Shown here piece by piece: positions 1 to 11,040 of a DNA stretch of 64,000 nt (position 1 is the stretch's first letter; each line of letters begins with the position of its first letter). The stretch is taken from the NCBI GenBank assembly GCA_902610675.1, contig CACLWP010000005.1, positions 4,975 through 68,974 on the forward strand, written 5' to 3'. Under the pieces are notes generated by a model, which searched no databases, was not told the DNA's origin, and saw nothing but the letters and a program-made list of their open reading frames with translations. The stretch comes from an uncultured Pelagibacteraceae bacterium. Lineage in GTDB: Bacteria; Pseudomonadota; Alphaproteobacteria; Pelagibacterales; Pelagibacteraceae. The translations under genes were made by a program, and so were the position numbers.

Positions 1-753
1 ATCTTTTTTTGTACAAAAGACAAGTTCAATTAATGAAACATTCGGGGTTGGTACTCTCATTGCAACACCTTCTAGTTTACCTTTAAGAGACGGAATTATT
101 TCACCTATAGCTTTTGATGCACCAGTCGAAGTTGGGACGATTGATTGACTAGCAGATCTAGCTCTCCTAGGATCTTTATGTGAATTATCTAAAATTCTTT
201 GATCACTTGTAAATGCATGCATGGTTGTCATAAAACCTTTCTCAATTCCAAAATTTTCATTTAAAACATGAGCCACTGGTGCCAGACAATTTGTTGTGCA
301 AGAAGCAGCAGAAATAATTTTATCTTCTTTATTTAGTTCAGATTCATTTACTCCAAAGACAACAGTTTTATCTGCATTTTTACACGGAGCTGAAACAATT
401 ACTTTTTTTGCTCCATTATTCAGATGTGTTTGCAATTTATCTTTAGAATTAAATTTTCCAGTACACTCAAAAACATAATCAACACCATATTTCTTCCAAT
501 CAATTTTATTTAAATCAGTTTCTTGACCAAAAGAAATTTTGTTTTTATTTACAATAAGATTATTTTCATCATAGCTTATATCAGCTTTAAATTTTCCATG
601 GATTGAGTCATATTTTAAAAGAGTTGAGCAAGTCTCAGAATTTGTTTTATTATTAATATGCATAATCTCTATTTTTTTGTTCCCTTCATAAATAGAGCGA
701 AGAATCATTCTCCCTATTCTTCCCATTCCATTTATACCAATTTTAATTTTCAT
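1..753 (-). CDS. gap: Glyceraldehyde-3-phosphate dehydrogenase (partial, runs off the window start)
   Basis: Not in the ORF track. Manual translation from ATG at 753 gives [15 protein letters not shown]...[10 protein letters not shown]...[12 protein letters not shown]; ATGA overlap with the tkt stop. Confidence 0.95.
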   Translation of the reverse strand, partial: MKIKIGINGMGRIGRMILRSIYEGNKKIEIMHINNKTNSETCSTLLKYDSIHGKFKADISYDENNLIVNKNKISFGQETDLNKIDWKKYGVDYVFECTGKFNSKDKLQTHLNNGAKKVIVSAPCKNADKTVVFGVNESELNKEDKIISAASCTTNCLAPVAHVLNENFGIEKGFMTTMHAFTSDQRILDNSHKDPRRARSASQSIVPTSTGASKAIGEIIPSLKGKLEGVAMRVPTPNVSLIELVFCTKKD

Positions 754-2681
754 AATTTTTCTTTTATTTTTTTAACAATACTTTCCGAATTTAACTCAAA
801 GTGGTCATAAATTTTTTTATAAGGTGCGCTTTTTCCAAAGTCGTTAATTCCAAAATTTAATCCATTTGTACCAGTATATTTTTTCCAATAATTAGTTTCA
901 GAGGCTTCTATAGATACAACTAGTTCAGTTTCGCCTAATATTTTTTTTTTGTATTCTTTTTTTTGATGATCAAAAATTTTTTGACAAGGCATTGATATGA
1001 TCTTGGAATAAATACCATCTGTGGCTAATTTATGACCCACGTCATTTGCTAAACTTGTTTCAGACCCAGTTGCTAAAATTGTTACACTTATATTATCCCC
1101 AGTTCTCAAAACTTCATAAGCACCCAAAGACGATTTATTTTCGGGAGAATTTTCAAGTCTAATAGGATTGACACCTTGTCTGGTTAGCGAAATCACACTT
1201 GGAGTATTTTTACTTTCAAGAGCTAATTGCCAACACTCAAACGTTTCAATGGTATCCGAAGGTCTAAAAACGTTTAAATTCGGAATAGATCTTAAACTTG
1301 TTAATTGTTCAATTGGCTGATGAGTTGGGCCATCCTCTCCTAAACCAATAGAATCATGCGTAAATACATAAATGACTCTTTGTTTCATCATCGCAGCTAA
1401 TCTGATAGATGGTTTACAATAGTCACTAAATATTAGAAACGTTCCACCATAAGGAATTAGGCCACTATGTAGGGCTATACCATTCATTATTCCACACATC
1501 GCGTGCTCTCTAACTCCATAATGAATATAATTTCCCGCAAAATTATCTGCTTTGATTATTTTATGATCTTTAGTTTTAGTATTATTTGATCCAGCTAAAT
1601 CAGCTGAGCCACCAATTAAGTAAGGAAACTTTGCTATAATGTTTAAAAATATTTCAGATGATTTTCTTGTAGCAATAGGTTGTAGATTTTTAAAATATTT
1701 AATTTTTTCTTTTTCAATTAATTCTTTAAATGAATTAAAATTTTTAAAATTTGAAAAGTTTATTTTATTTTTCTGAGATTTTTGGGAGGCTTTTTTCCCT
1801 ATTTTTCTCCATTCACTTAACAACTCAGCTGGAATCTTGAAAGACTCATATTTCCATTTTAGTTTTTTTCTTACAAGTTTTATTTCCTCATCACCTAATG
1901 GACTTCCATGAGATGAAGCCTTACCACCTTTGTTTGGAGATCCATAACCGATTGTAGTTTTACATGAAATGGCTATAGGTTTTTTTGATTTTTGTGCTTT
2001 TTTTAAAGCTTTAGATATTTCTTTGAAATCATGACCATTAATTTTTAAGAAGTCCCACCCGTAGCTCTTAAATCTTTTTTCGTGATCATCTGAAACAGCT
2101 AAATTAGTTGGACCATCGATTGATATAGAATTATTATCAAATAATAAAATAAGATTCTTTAATTTTAGATGTCCAGCTAAGCTCAACGACTCGTGACTAA
2201 TACCTTCCATTAAGCATCCGTCTCCAGCGAGAACATAAGTTTTATGATTGATCTTTTTTTTCCCTAATTGTTTTTTTAATATTTCTTCTGATATTGCAAA
2301 CCCAACTGCATTTGAGATTCCTTGTCCCAATGGACCTGTAGTTGTTTCAATACCAGTATTTGGATGATATTCAGGATGTCCAGCGCATATGGATTCCAAT
2401 TGTCTAAAATTTTTAATATCACTTAAAGAAACACTTTTGTAACCAGTTAAATAAAGAAGAGAGTAAAGTAACATTGATCCATGCCCAGCAGACAGAACAA
2501 ATCTATCTCTATTAATCCAGCTAGGATTTTTTGGATTATATTTTAAAAAATCTTTAAAAAGTACTGTAGCAACATCTGCCATTCCCATCGGCATTCCAGG
2601 ATGACCTGAGTTCGCTTTTTGAACAGCATCAATTGAGAGAAATCTAATACAATTAGCTAATTCTTTATAAAATTTACTCAA
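750..2681 (-). CDS. tkt: Transketolase
   Basis: [28 protein letters not shown] and GEDGPTHQP motifs; TTG start. Confidence 0.97.
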   Translation of the reverse strand: MSKFYKELANCIRFLSIDAVQKANSGHPGMPMGMADVATVLFKDFLKYNPKNPSWINRDRFVLSAGHGSMLLYSLLYLTGYKSVSLSDIKNFRQLESICAGHPEYHPNTGIETTTGPLGQGISNAVGFAISEEILKKQLGKKKINHKTYVLAGDGCLMEGISHESLSLAGHLKLKNLILLFDNNSISIDGPTNLAVSDDHEKRFKSYGWDFLKINGHDFKEISKALKKAQKSKKPIAISCKTTIGYGSPNKGGKASSHGSPLGDEEIKLVRKKLKWKYESFKIPAELLSEWRKIGKKASQKSQKNKINFSNFKNFNSFKELIEKEKIKYFKNLQPIATRKSSEIFLNIIAKFPYLIGGSADLAGSNNTKTKDHKIIKADNFAGNYIHYGVREHAMCGIMNGIALHSGLIPYGGTFLIFSDYCKPSIRLAAMMKQRVIYVFTHDSIGLGEDGPTHQPIEQLTSLRSIPNLNVFRPSDTIETFECWQLALESKNTPSVISLTRQGVNPIRLENSPENKSSLGAYEVLRTGDNISVTILATGSETSLANDVGHKLATDGIYSKIISMPCQKIFDHQKKEYKKKILGETELVVSIEASETNYWKKYTGTNGLNFGINDFGKSAPYKKIYDHFELNSESIVKKIKEKL

Positions 2682-2734
2682 ATTTATCCTGTCTAGACTT
2701 AGAAGATTCTATTTAATAATATAAACATATATAT

Positions 2735-3058
2735 ATGAATTCTATTCTTGAAAAAGAAAAAAAGCTAAATTTAGCATTAACGAAACTAAAAAATTTAAAC
2801 TTAGAAAATCCAGACACAAAAAAAAATATTGAAACGCTTGGAGAACAAAAAAATCAATTAGAAATTGAAAAATCTGAAATAGAGAAAAAATATAAAACTT
2901 TGGTTGAAGAGCATGATAATTTATCGAGAAAATTGGAAGAATTGCAAAATAGAGAAAAAATTGAGGAAAAAAAAAGATTAGAATTTTCAGAGAAAATAGA
3001 TGAATTAAATCAAGAAACTAATACTTTAATGGATGAAATCGATAAATGGCAAACGTAA
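2735..3058 (+). CDS. Coiled-coil protein upstream of zapA (ZauP-like position)
   Basis: 107 aa, E/K/L-rich heptad pattern, overlaps the zapA start; same position as Caulobacter zauP. Confidence 0.6.
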   Translation: MNSILEKEKKLNLALTKLKNLNLENPDTKKNIETLGEQKNQLEIEKSEIEKKYKTLVEEHDNLSRKLEELQNREKIEEKKRLEFSEKIDELNQETNTLMDEIDKWQT

Positions 3059-3489
3059 ATATAAAATTTAATGGCAAAGAGTTTTTATTATCATGTGACG
3101 ATGGACAAGAAGAACATCTTGAGGAATTATTAATACAAATCAATCAAAAGTTTAATGATTTAAAAAATGATTTAGGAAATATTGGTGAAAATAAACTTTT
3201 ACTGATTACTGCAGTAAAAGTAATGGATGAATACTACGAAACCAAAAAAAAAGTTGAGCAGAAAAAGATAGAATTAAAAGAACTTTCAAATAAATTTAAA
3301 GAGTTAAAATCATTAGTTTACGAATACAAAGACAGAAAAGAGGAAGAAATAAAAAATTTGAGTAAAAATCACTTAGAATTAAAAGATGAAATTGAACAAA
3401 ATCAGAAACATTATGAAAAGTTAATTGACTCAGCTGCTGATGAGATTTCAAATTTTGTTGAAAAAGCAAATATAGATAAAACATCTTAA
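3046..3489 (+). CDS. zapA: Cell division protein ZapA with extended coiled coil
   Basis: N-terminal VNIKFNGKEFLLSCDDGQEEHL pattern typical of alphaproteobacterial ZapA; tkt-divergent locus. Confidence 0.85.
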   Translation: MANVNIKFNGKEFLLSCDDGQEEHLEELLIQINQKFNDLKNDLGNIGENKLLLITAVKVMDEYYETKKKVEQKKIELKELSNKFKELKSLVYEYKDRKEEEIKNLSKNHLELKDEIEQNQKHYEKLIDSAADEISNFVEKANIDKTS

Positions 3490-3498
3490 TAGAATTTT

Positions 3499-4032
3499 GT
3501 GAATAAATCTCCAATTAGAAAAAAAATTCTTAAGATAAGAAAACAAAAAAAAATTAAAAAATTTATTTTTAATTTTGATTTAATTTCGAATATTTTAAAA
3601 AGAAAAAATGTCTTAGGTAAAATAATTGGCGGCTATTACCCATATAATTATGAGATAGATATTTTACAAATCTTAGAAAAATTCGAAAAGAAAAAATTTA
3701 TTATAACATTACCAAAAATAAGGAAAAATTCACAAATGAACTTCTATCAATGGTCAATAAATGATCCTTTAGCTATAAATGAATTTGGAATACCAGAACC
3801 GATTTCAAAAATGGTAAAACATCCAGATGTATTGTTAGTGCCCCTTGTGGCGTTTGATAAAAATTTCAACAGGATTGGTTACGGCGGCGGGTTTTACGAT
3901 AGGTATATAAAGAAAATTAAAAAAAAAAAGAAAGTTCTTACAATTGGATTTGCTTACTCTTTTCAAAAAGTAAAAAAAATACCAACTAATAAGCATGACA
4001 TTAGATTAGATTTTATTATAACAAACAAATAA
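3499..4032 (+). CDS. ygfA: 5-formyltetrahydrofolate cyclo-ligase
   Basis: VPLVAFD and RIGYGGGFYDR motifs; GTG start. Confidence 0.93.
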   Translation: MNKSPIRKKILKIRKQKKIKKFIFNFDLISNILKRKNVLGKIIGGYYPYNYEIDILQILEKFEKKKFIITLPKIRKNSQMNFYQWSINDPLAINEFGIPEPISKMVKHPDVLLVPLVAFDKNFNRIGYGGGFYDRYIKKIKKKKKVLTIGFAYSFQKVKKIPTNKHDIRLDFIITNK

Positions 4033-4038
4033 TTTTTT

Positions 4039-4842
4039 ATGAAAATTTTATTTTTAGGTGATGTTGTTGGATTATCAGGATGTAGAAAGATAACTAAAGA
4101 TTTATTAGGACAGGTTAAAAAAAATAATATCGATTTTGTAATTATAAATGCTGAAAATGCTGATGATACTGGCGTTGGTTTGACAAAAGAGATTTGTAAA
4201 AATTTCTTTGAAAATGGAGTGGATGTTATTACAAGTGGAAATCATATTTGGGATCAAAAAGAAATAATGAATTTTATTGATAAGGAGAATAGATTATTAA
4301 GACCCAAAAATTTATTTGAACCTGCCCCTGGTAGAGGATTTGAGATTTATAAATCAAAAAAAAATTACAAGATAGGAGTCTTAAATTTAATGGGAAATGT
4401 TTTTATGAAAAAGTGTGATGATGTTTTTAAAATTTCAAAAAATTTTTTAGAAAAATATAATTTAAAAAAAGATTATGATTTTCTAATTGTCGATTTTCAT
4501 GGAGAAATAACAAGTGAAAAAAATGCTATTGGTCATTATTTTGATGGAAAAGCAACACTCGTTATTGGAACTCATACTCACATACCGACTAATGATGCAA
4601 GAGTTTTAAAAAATGGCACTGCTTATCAAACAGACGCAGGAATGTGTGGAGATTATGACTCAGTTATAGGTATGAATAAAGATAATTCTATTAATAGATT
4701 CATGAAAAAGGACTCAATTAAACATTTTCCAGCTGATGGAGAAGCTTCTTTGAGTGGAGTTATAGTAAATTGCAATCTAGAAACTGGCTTAGCAGATAGT
4801 ATCGAAAGTTATATATTTGGAGGTCTTTTAAAAAATACTTGA
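4039..4842 (+). CDS. YmdB-family metallophosphoesterase
   Basis: GDVVG, NAEN, TSGNHIWD, DFHGE, GTHTH and TDAGMCG motifs. Confidence 0.92.
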   Translation: MKILFLGDVVGLSGCRKITKDLLGQVKKNNIDFVIINAENADDTGVGLTKEICKNFFENGVDVITSGNHIWDQKEIMNFIDKENRLLRPKNLFEPAPGRGFEIYKSKKNYKIGVLNLMGNVFMKKCDDVFKISKNFLEKYNLKKDYDFLIVDFHGEITSEKNAIGHYFDGKATLVIGTHTHIPTNDARVLKNGTAYQTDAGMCGDYDSVIGMNKDNSINRFMKKDSIKHFPADGEASLSGVIVNCNLETGLADSIESYIFGGLLKNT

Positions 4843-4849
4843 TTTTTTT

Positions 4850-5572
4850 ATGGCAGGGCATTCTCATTGGGCAGGTATAAAACATAAAAAAGGTAAAGCC
4901 GATAAACAAAAATCAAAAATCTTTTCTAAGCTATCTAAAGAGATTACTGTAGCTGCTAAGCTAGGAGATAAAGATCCAGCTATGAACCCAAGATTGCGTT
5001 CTGCTGTGCAAGCTGCCAGGTCAGCAAATATGCCTAAAGATAATATAGCAAGAGCTATAGATAAGTCTTCTATGAGCAATCAGTCAAATTTTGAAAATTT
5101 GAGATATGAAGGTTTTGGGCCTGATAGAGCTGCTGTTATAGTTGAGACTTTGACTGATAATAAAAATAGAACTGCTTCGAATATAAGAACAATTTTTCAA
5201 AAATCAGGAGGAAGTTTAGGAACTCAAGGTTCAGCATCACATAATTTTACTCAATTAGGTATAATTAAAATCGATAAAAATGAGATTTCAGAGGAAGATA
5301 TTTTAGAACTTGCTATTGATGCTGGTGCAAATGAGTGTAAATCAGATAAAGAATTTCATGAGATACAGTGTTCAATAAATGATATTTACAATGTTAAAAA
5401 AGAGTTGGAGAAAAAAATAAGTAATTTTATTTCGACAGGGATAGAGTGGGTGCCTATAAATGCTGTAGAAATTTCAGAGGAAAAAAAAAAGGAATTGATT
5501 AGTTTTTTTGAGACATTAGAAAACGACGACGATGTGCAAAATATTTATTCAAATGTTAAATTTTCAAACTAG
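4850..5572 (+). CDS. yebC: YebC/PmpR family protein
   Basis: MAGHSHWAGIKHKK, YEGFGP, LTDNKNRT and DDDVQNIYSN motifs. Confidence 0.96.
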   Translation: MAGHSHWAGIKHKKGKADKQKSKIFSKLSKEITVAAKLGDKDPAMNPRLRSAVQAARSANMPKDNIARAIDKSSMSNQSNFENLRYEGFGPDRAAVIVETLTDNKNRTASNIRTIFQKSGGSLGTQGSASHNFTQLGIIKIDKNEISEEDILELAIDAGANECKSDKEFHEIQCSINDIYNVKKELEKKISNFISTGIEWVPINAVEISEEKKKELISFFETLENDDDVQNIYSNVKFSN

Positions 5573-5581
5573 ATACAGGAT

Positions 5582-6073
5582 ATGTTTATAATTGGTATAG
5601 ATCCAGGTATCTCGGGCTCAATTTGTTTTTTTAAAGATGGAAAAATTCTTGAAGTAATTGAAATGCCAGTCATGACGGAGGGTAAAAAAAATAAAAAACA
5701 AGTTAATGGTGCCCAAATTTATAACGAATTTTTAAAAAGAATTAATAAAAAAGATGATGAAATTAGAGTTGTGATAGAACAAGTTTCTGCAATGCCAGGA
5801 CAAGGGGTAACTAGTATGTTTAATTTTGGTCAGTCTTATGGGATTTTAAAAGGAATATGTTCTGCAATGCAACTACCAATGTTTTTTGTAAGACCAGCTA
5901 AATGGAAAAAATATTTTAACTTAATTAATTCTCAAAAAGATGCCAGCAGAACAAGAGCAATTGAAATATTTCCTTATTTTTCAGCACAACTTTCAAAAAA
6001 AAAAGACTCAAACAAAGCTGATGCTATTCTAATTGCAAGTTTTTACTATGAAACTCACCAAAAAGAGGATTAA
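5582..6073 (+). CDS. RuvC-superfamily Holliday junction resolvase, MOC1/phage-like subtype
   Basis: IGIDPG, VIEQV, PAKWKK, KDASR...FP and KADAILIA motifs; occupies the ruvC position after yebC. Confidence 0.8.
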   Translation: MFIIGIDPGISGSICFFKDGKILEVIEMPVMTEGKKNKKQVNGAQIYNEFLKRINKKDDEIRVVIEQVSAMPGQGVTSMFNFGQSYGILKGICSAMQLPMFFVRPAKWKKYFNLINSQKDASRTRAIEIFPYFSAQLSKKKDSNKADAILIASFYYETHQKED

Positions 6074-6125
6074 TCGCAGATTTTTGAAGTCAAATTCATG
6101 ACACATTTAAGTGTGAGAAGACTTT

Positions 6126-6800
6126 ATGGAAGCTGATATTTCATCACAAGCAGTCGGACTTGCGTCAAGTGCTGACTTTTCATTAATGAACTTATTTCTA
6201 AGAGCAGATATAATTGTTAAATCAGTAATTATCATTCTTATTGCATGCTCAGTTTATTCATGGGCAGTAATCATTGAAAAATTTAAATTATTTAAAAAAA
6301 TAAATCAAAGTTCAGAAGAATTTGAAACTAAGTTTTGGAATTCTAAATCTGCAGAATCATTTTACAATAATCTTCCAGGAAATATAAATGATCCAATGGC
6401 TCTTATTTTTAAAGATGCTATGCAAAATCTTCTTAAAAGAAGATCTAAAACAGATTTGAATGCTAGAATGACTTCAATGTTAGAAACCGGAATAGAAAAA
6501 CAAATGTCTAAAATTACAAAAGGATTTACTTTTTTGGCAACTGTAGGATCAACAGCACCATTTATAGGATTATTCGGGACTGTTTGGGGTATAATGAATT
6601 CTTTTCAATCTATTGCAATTTCAAGAAATACTAGTTTAGCAATTGTAGCTCCTGGAATCGCAGAGGCGCTTTTCGCTACAGCATTGGGTTTATTGGCAGC
6701 GATCCCTGCAGTAATTGCTTACAACAAATTTAATAACGACTCTTTAAAGTATTCCCAAAAATTAGAAAATTTTTCTAAAAGATTTTTAACAATTATTTAG
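6126..6800 (+). CDS. tolQ: Tol-Pal protein TolQ
   Basis: LATVGSTAPFIGLFGTVWGIM and VAPGIAEALFATA motifs. Confidence 0.96.
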   Translation: MEADISSQAVGLASSADFSLMNLFLRADIIVKSVIIILIACSVYSWAVIIEKFKLFKKINQSSEEFETKFWNSKSAESFYNNLPGNINDPMALIFKDAMQNLLKRRSKTDLNARMTSMLETGIEKQMSKITKGFTFLATVGSTAPFIGLFGTVWGIMNSFQSIAISRNTSLAIVAPGIAEALFATALGLLAAIPAVIAYNKFNNDSLKYSQKLENFSKRFLTII

Positions 6801-6801
6801 A

Positions 6802-7218
6802 ATGGCATTTAAGTTTAATCGTTCATCAAAGGAACCAATGAGTGAAATAAATGTAACACCATTCGTTGATGTGATGTTAGTTTTATTGATTATCTTTATG
6901 GTAACAGCACCTTTATTAACAGTAGGAGTTCAAGTTGATTTACCAGAAAGTTCAGCAGACTCTCTTCCAGAGGAACAAGAACCTTTAACTTTAACAATAA
7001 ATTCAAAAGGCGAAATTTTCATACAAGAGTCAAAAGTTGAATATGAAAAAATCATTGCAAAAGTGTTAGCAGTTTCAAAAAATCGGACTGATACGAGAAT
7101 ATATGTGAGAGGTGATAAAACAATAAATTACGGAAGAGTTCTTGAAATTATGGGGCTACTTTCAGGCTCAGGATTTACAAAAGTAGCTTTAATTTCAGAA
7201 CCGTATAAAGAAAGGTAA
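6802..7218 (+). CDS. tolR: Tol-Pal protein TolR
   Basis: SEINVTPFVDVMLVLLIIFMVTAP and RGDK motifs. Confidence 0.96.
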   Translation: MAFKFNRSSKEPMSEINVTPFVDVMLVLLIIFMVTAPLLTVGVQVDLPESSADSLPEEQEPLTLTINSKGEIFIQESKVEYEKIIAKVLAVSKNRTDTRIYVRGDKTINYGRVLEIMGLLSGSGFTKVALISEPYKER

Positions 7219-7225
7219 TTTTTTT

Positions 7226-8035
7226 GTGAATAGGAGCATTGTAATTTCCTCTGTTTTACACCTATTCATCATTTTTTTAACAGCGATGAGCCTTCCTTTT
7301 TTAGCAAAAAAACCAATTGATCTTCCTCCGATTGTTTCAGTAGAATTAATTCAAATAACTGAAAAAACAAATATTCCATTTGCACCTAAGGCAAAAAAAA
7401 TAATTGAAAAAGTAAAAGAAAAAGAAAAAAAATTAGTATCAGAACAAGCTCCACCTAAAAAAGTAAAGAAAATCAAGCCTGATGCTGTTCCAATGCCAGA
7501 GGACAAAGTAAAGAAAGTTGAAAAAATAAAAGAGGATAAACAAAATCCTGAAAAAATTGATAATGAGGTAAAGCAAGTATCTGAATTTGAAAAAGAGGAA
7601 CTATTTGATCCTAATAATATTGCAGCCTTAATTGATAAATCTAAAGAGAGTAAAGCAGAGACCTTAAAGAAAAATCCAGATTTAAGCCAAGACCAGAATA
7701 AAAATTTTGAGAACACAGGGTTATCATTAAGCGAGGAAGATGCTTTAAAAGCACAAATTTTTGGTTGTTGGAGCATCCCACTTGGATTACCATATAATGA
7801 AAATTTACTTGTTAGAATAAAACTTGAATTAAAACCTGATGGATCTGTAACGAAGTCAGAAATTTTAGATCATGCCAGGATGAATAAACCAGGACAAGGC
7901 TTTTACAAAGTATTAGCGGAAAGTGCTTTAAGAGCTATTAAATTGTGTCAGCCCTTGAGAGTTCCTAGCACAGGATACGAGAGATGGAAGGAATTACAGT
8001 TAAATTTTGATGCAAGAGAAATGCTAGAAGGCTAA
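7226..8035 (+). CDS. tolA: TolA (short form)
   Basis: N-terminal TM with S-x3-H, K/E-rich linker, C-terminal CW...AESALRAI...C.PL domain; between tolR and tolB. Confidence 0.85.
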   Translation: MNRSIVISSVLHLFIIFLTAMSLPFLAKKPIDLPPIVSVELIQITEKTNIPFAPKAKKIIEKVKEKEKKLVSEQAPPKKVKKIKPDAVPMPEDKVKKVEKIKEDKQNPEKIDNEVKQVSEFEKEELFDPNNIAALIDKSKESKAETLKKNPDLSQDQNKNFENTGLSLSEEDALKAQIFGCWSIPLGLPYNENLLVRIKLELKPDGSVTKSEILDHARMNKPGQGFYKVLAESALRAIKLCQPLRVPSTGYERWKELQLNFDAREMLEG

Positions 8036-8036
8036 T

Positions 8037-9392
8037 ATGATTAATAAAAAAATGAAAAATTTTATTATTATTTTAATTACAGTTTTAATACCTATTAAAT
8101 CATTTGCTTTAATAGAGGTAGATATCACAAGAGGTAATCTTAATCCATTACCTGTAGCAGTTTCTCCGTTATCAATAGATGAGGAGTCAAGAAAAAATTT
8201 TGAGAAAATTCTCAAAAAGAAAAATATTGGGTCTGAAATATCTTCAATTGTAGAGAATAATTTAAGAGTTTCGGGTTTGTTTAATCCTTTAAACAAAGAT
8301 GCATTTTTACAAGAACCAGATATTGCAAATTTAAAACCAAGATTCGAGGATTGGAATTTAATTAAAGCTCAAGCTTTGATCACTGGAAAAGTTAGTTATG
8401 TGGATCAAAAATTAAGAGTAGAATTTAGATTGTGGGATGTACTTGCAGGTAAAGAAATGATGGCATTAGCATTTACAACTGTTCCAAATAATTGGAGACG
8501 TGTAGGTCATATTATTACAGACAAAGTTTACGAGAGATTAACTGGCGAAAAAGGTTATTTTGATACTAGAATAATCTATGTCGCTGAAGAGGGGCCTAAA
8601 ACTCAAAGGGTTAAAAAATTAGCTATCATGGATCAAGATGGTGCGAATAATAAATTTTTGACTTTAGGAAATGAACTTGTTTTGACACCAAGATTTAATC
8701 CTACTAGTCAGATGGTAACTTATCTTTCATACTTTAGAAATTTACCAAGGGTTTATTTACTGGATATTGAAACAGGAACGCAAGAGGTTGTAGGCGATTT
8801 CCCTGGTATGACTTTTGCCCCTAGATTTTCTCCTGATGGAAAAAAAATAATAATGAGTTTTGCTAAAGATGGAAATTCTGAAATTTATACTATGGATTTA
8901 GAGAATAGAATAGTAGAAAAAATTACAAATCATCCATCTATTGATACATCACCTTCTTATTCTCCAGATGGAAAATTTATTTCTTTTAATTCTGATAGAA
9001 GTGGTTATCAGCAGATTTATGTTATGAAAAGTGATGGAAGCAAAGTAAAAAGAATATCTTTTGGAAAAGGAATTTATGGAACTCCAGTTTGGTCTCCAAG
9101 AGGGGATTTAATTGCTTTTACAAAATTGCATAAAGGAAAATTTTATATAGGTGTAATGAGAACAGATGGAAGTGGAGAAAGATTATTAACAGAAAATTAT
9201 TATCAAGAAGCTCCATCCTGGTCTCCAAATGGTAGAGTATTGATTTTTTATCGAGAGACGAAAACAGATTCTAAAGGTAAGGGTTTTTCTGCAAAATTAT
9301 GGTCTATAGATTTAACTGGCTACAACGAGAGACAGGTTACTACTCCAACTGACGGATCAGACCCATCATGGTCATCTTTATTGAGTAATTAA
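8037..9392 (+). CDS. tolB: Tol-Pal beta-propeller protein TolB (start may be 8052)
   Basis: Signal peptide, [10 protein letters not shown], repeated P.(F/W)SPDG blades. Confidence 0.96.
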   Translation: MINKKMKNFIIILITVLIPIKSFALIEVDITRGNLNPLPVAVSPLSIDEESRKNFEKILKKKNIGSEISSIVENNLRVSGLFNPLNKDAFLQEPDIANLKPRFEDWNLIKAQALITGKVSYVDQKLRVEFRLWDVLAGKEMMALAFTTVPNNWRRVGHIITDKVYERLTGEKGYFDTRIIYVAEEGPKTQRVKKLAIMDQDGANNKFLTLGNELVLTPRFNPTSQMVTYLSYFRNLPRVYLLDIETGTQEVVGDFPGMTFAPRFSPDGKKIIMSFAKDGNSEIYTMDLENRIVEKITNHPSIDTSPSYSPDGKFISFNSDRSGYQQIYVMKSDGSKVKRISFGKGIYGTPVWSPRGDLIAFTKLHKGKFYIGVMRTDGSGERLLTENYYQEAPSWSPNGRVLIFYRETKTDSKGKGFSAKLWSIDLTGYNERQVTTPTDGSDPSWSSLLSN

Positions 9393-9483
9393 TAACTAAT
9401 TCGCTTGATTTTTAGCCTTGAAAGATCTAATTAGTTGTGAAAAGGTAAGTTTAAGACAAAGAAATATTGAGCAAGGAGCAATA

Positions 9484-9963
9484 ATGAAATTAAACAAAAT
9501 TCTAAAAAATGGTTTTTTAATAATACTTGCGTGTATTGCACTCTCTGCATGTGCTACATCAAAAAAGTCTACGGGACAAATGCAAGGTGATGTTTATACT
9601 GGAACAGATACGGTTGAGTACTTAGCTTCCGGTGTTCCTGATAGAGTATTTTTTGCAACTAACGAGTCAGTACTAACTACAGCTTCTAGAGAAACTCTTA
9701 GAAAACAAGCTGCTTGGTTAAGAAAAAATTCTAAAATTTCAATTGTTTTAGAGGGACATGCTGACGAGAGAGGAACAAGAGAATATAACTTAGCATTAGG
9801 TGAAAGAAGAGCTAATGCAGCTAAAGATTACTTAATGACTTATGGGATATCATCTGACAGAATTTCAGTTTTAAGTTATGGTAAAGAAAGACCTGTGGAC
9901 TCAGGGTCTAATCCATTAGCTTGGTCAAAAAATAGAAGATCAGTATCTGTTAAAGCAAATTAA
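9484..9963 (+). CDS. pal: Peptidoglycan-associated lipoprotein Pal
   Basis: Lipobox LSAC and EGHADERGTREYNLALGERRA; AAGGAG Shine-Dalgarno before ATG 9484 (the track's 9418 start is probably too long). Confidence 0.96.
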   Translation: MKLNKILKNGFLIILACIALSACATSKKSTGQMQGDVYTGTDTVEYLASGVPDRVFFATNESVLTTASRETLRKQAAWLRKNSKISIVLEGHADERGTREYNLALGERRANAAKDYLMTYGISSDRISVLSYGKERPVDSGSNPLAWSKNRRSVSVKAN

Positions 9964-9981
9964 ATAATAAATAAATATCTT

Positions 9982-10022
9982 AAGACCTCTTAAATTAAAA
10001 CAATTTAAGAGGTCTTTTTTTT
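9982..10022 (+). terminator. Intrinsic terminator after pal
   Basis: AAGACCTCTTAAATT / AATTTAAGAGGTCTT inverted repeat running into a T tract. Confidence 0.85.
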
Positions 10023-10050
10023 GCCATTATTTTAGACATAACCTTATATT

Positions 10051-11040
10051 ATGAGTTACCTAAAAGTATTATTTAAATATAAATTTTTTTTGTTATTCAA
10101 TTTTTTAATTTGCTATCCTTCTCTTGCCGATAATCATAATATTTATGATGTTCTTGAGCTAATTAAAAATGATTTAAAAACTCTTGAAAAAGCTGTTTAT
10201 TCAAATTCGAGTGAATACAATAACACTAGTTCAACTTCATCAAGTGTTGATAGTAACTCCGAGGATGTGCTGACAAGACATTTGTTGAAATTATCTGAAA
10301 TCGAAAATCAATTTCAGGAACTTACTAATAAATTTGAAGAAATAAATTTTAAACTGGACAAGTTATCAAATAGACTTTCAAAAGTTCAATCAGATAATCA
10401 ATTAAGATTTCAAGATTTAGAAACTACTCTATCAAATGGTGAGACTGTAAATTTGACTTCTAAAAAAGGTTCAGAGTCTAATTCAGATATTTTACCGGGT
10501 TCATCTCAACCACAAGACTTAGGATCAATATCTTATAAAGATAATTCTACAAGTGATACAACTCAAAAAATACAATCAGTAGAAACTACTGCTTCAATTG
10601 TTACAGAAACATTCCAAGCCGAAGAAAAAATTCTACCAAAAGTTTCAGTTATGAAACAATATGAATTTGCCACAAGTTTTTTAAAAGTTGGAGATTATCC
10701 TACAGCTGAAAGAGCTTTTAGAGAATTTGTAATCACAAATCCTAAACATAAATTAGCTGGCAATGCACAATACTGGTATGCTGAGACTTTTAGAATAAGA
10801 CAACTTTATACTGATGCTGCCACAGCTTATTTGGAGGGTTATCAAAAATATCCAAAAGGTGAAAAAGCACCTATTAATTTATTAAAATTAGGCGTATCAA
10901 TGATACAGATTGGAGAAAAAGATCAAGGTTGTAAAATGATTAGTGGTGTTGAAAAACAATATCCTAATGCAAGTCAGTCTATTATTCAAAAAGCAAAATA
11001 TGAGTCTCAAAAATTTGAGTGCAAGAAACAAAATTCCTAA
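10051..11040 (+). CDS. cpoB: CpoB/YbgF, coiled-coil plus TPR protein
   Basis: AGNAQYWYAE and YPKGEKAP..LLKLG TPR motifs; follows pal. Confidence 0.9.
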   Translation: MSYLKVLFKYKFFLLFNFLICYPSLADNHNIYDVLELIKNDLKTLEKAVYSNSSEYNNTSSTSSSVDSNSEDVLTRHLLKLSEIENQFQELTNKFEEINFKLDKLSNRLSKVQSDNQLRFQDLETTLSNGETVNLTSKKGSESNSDILPGSSQPQDLGSISYKDNSTSDTTQKIQSVETTASIVTETFQAEEKILPKVSVMKQYEFATSFLKVGDYPTAERAFREFVITNPKHKLAGNAQYWYAETFRIRQLYTDAATAYLEGYQKYPKGEKAPINLLKLGVSMIQIGEKDQGCKMISGVEKQYPNASQSIIQKAKYESQKFECKKQNS

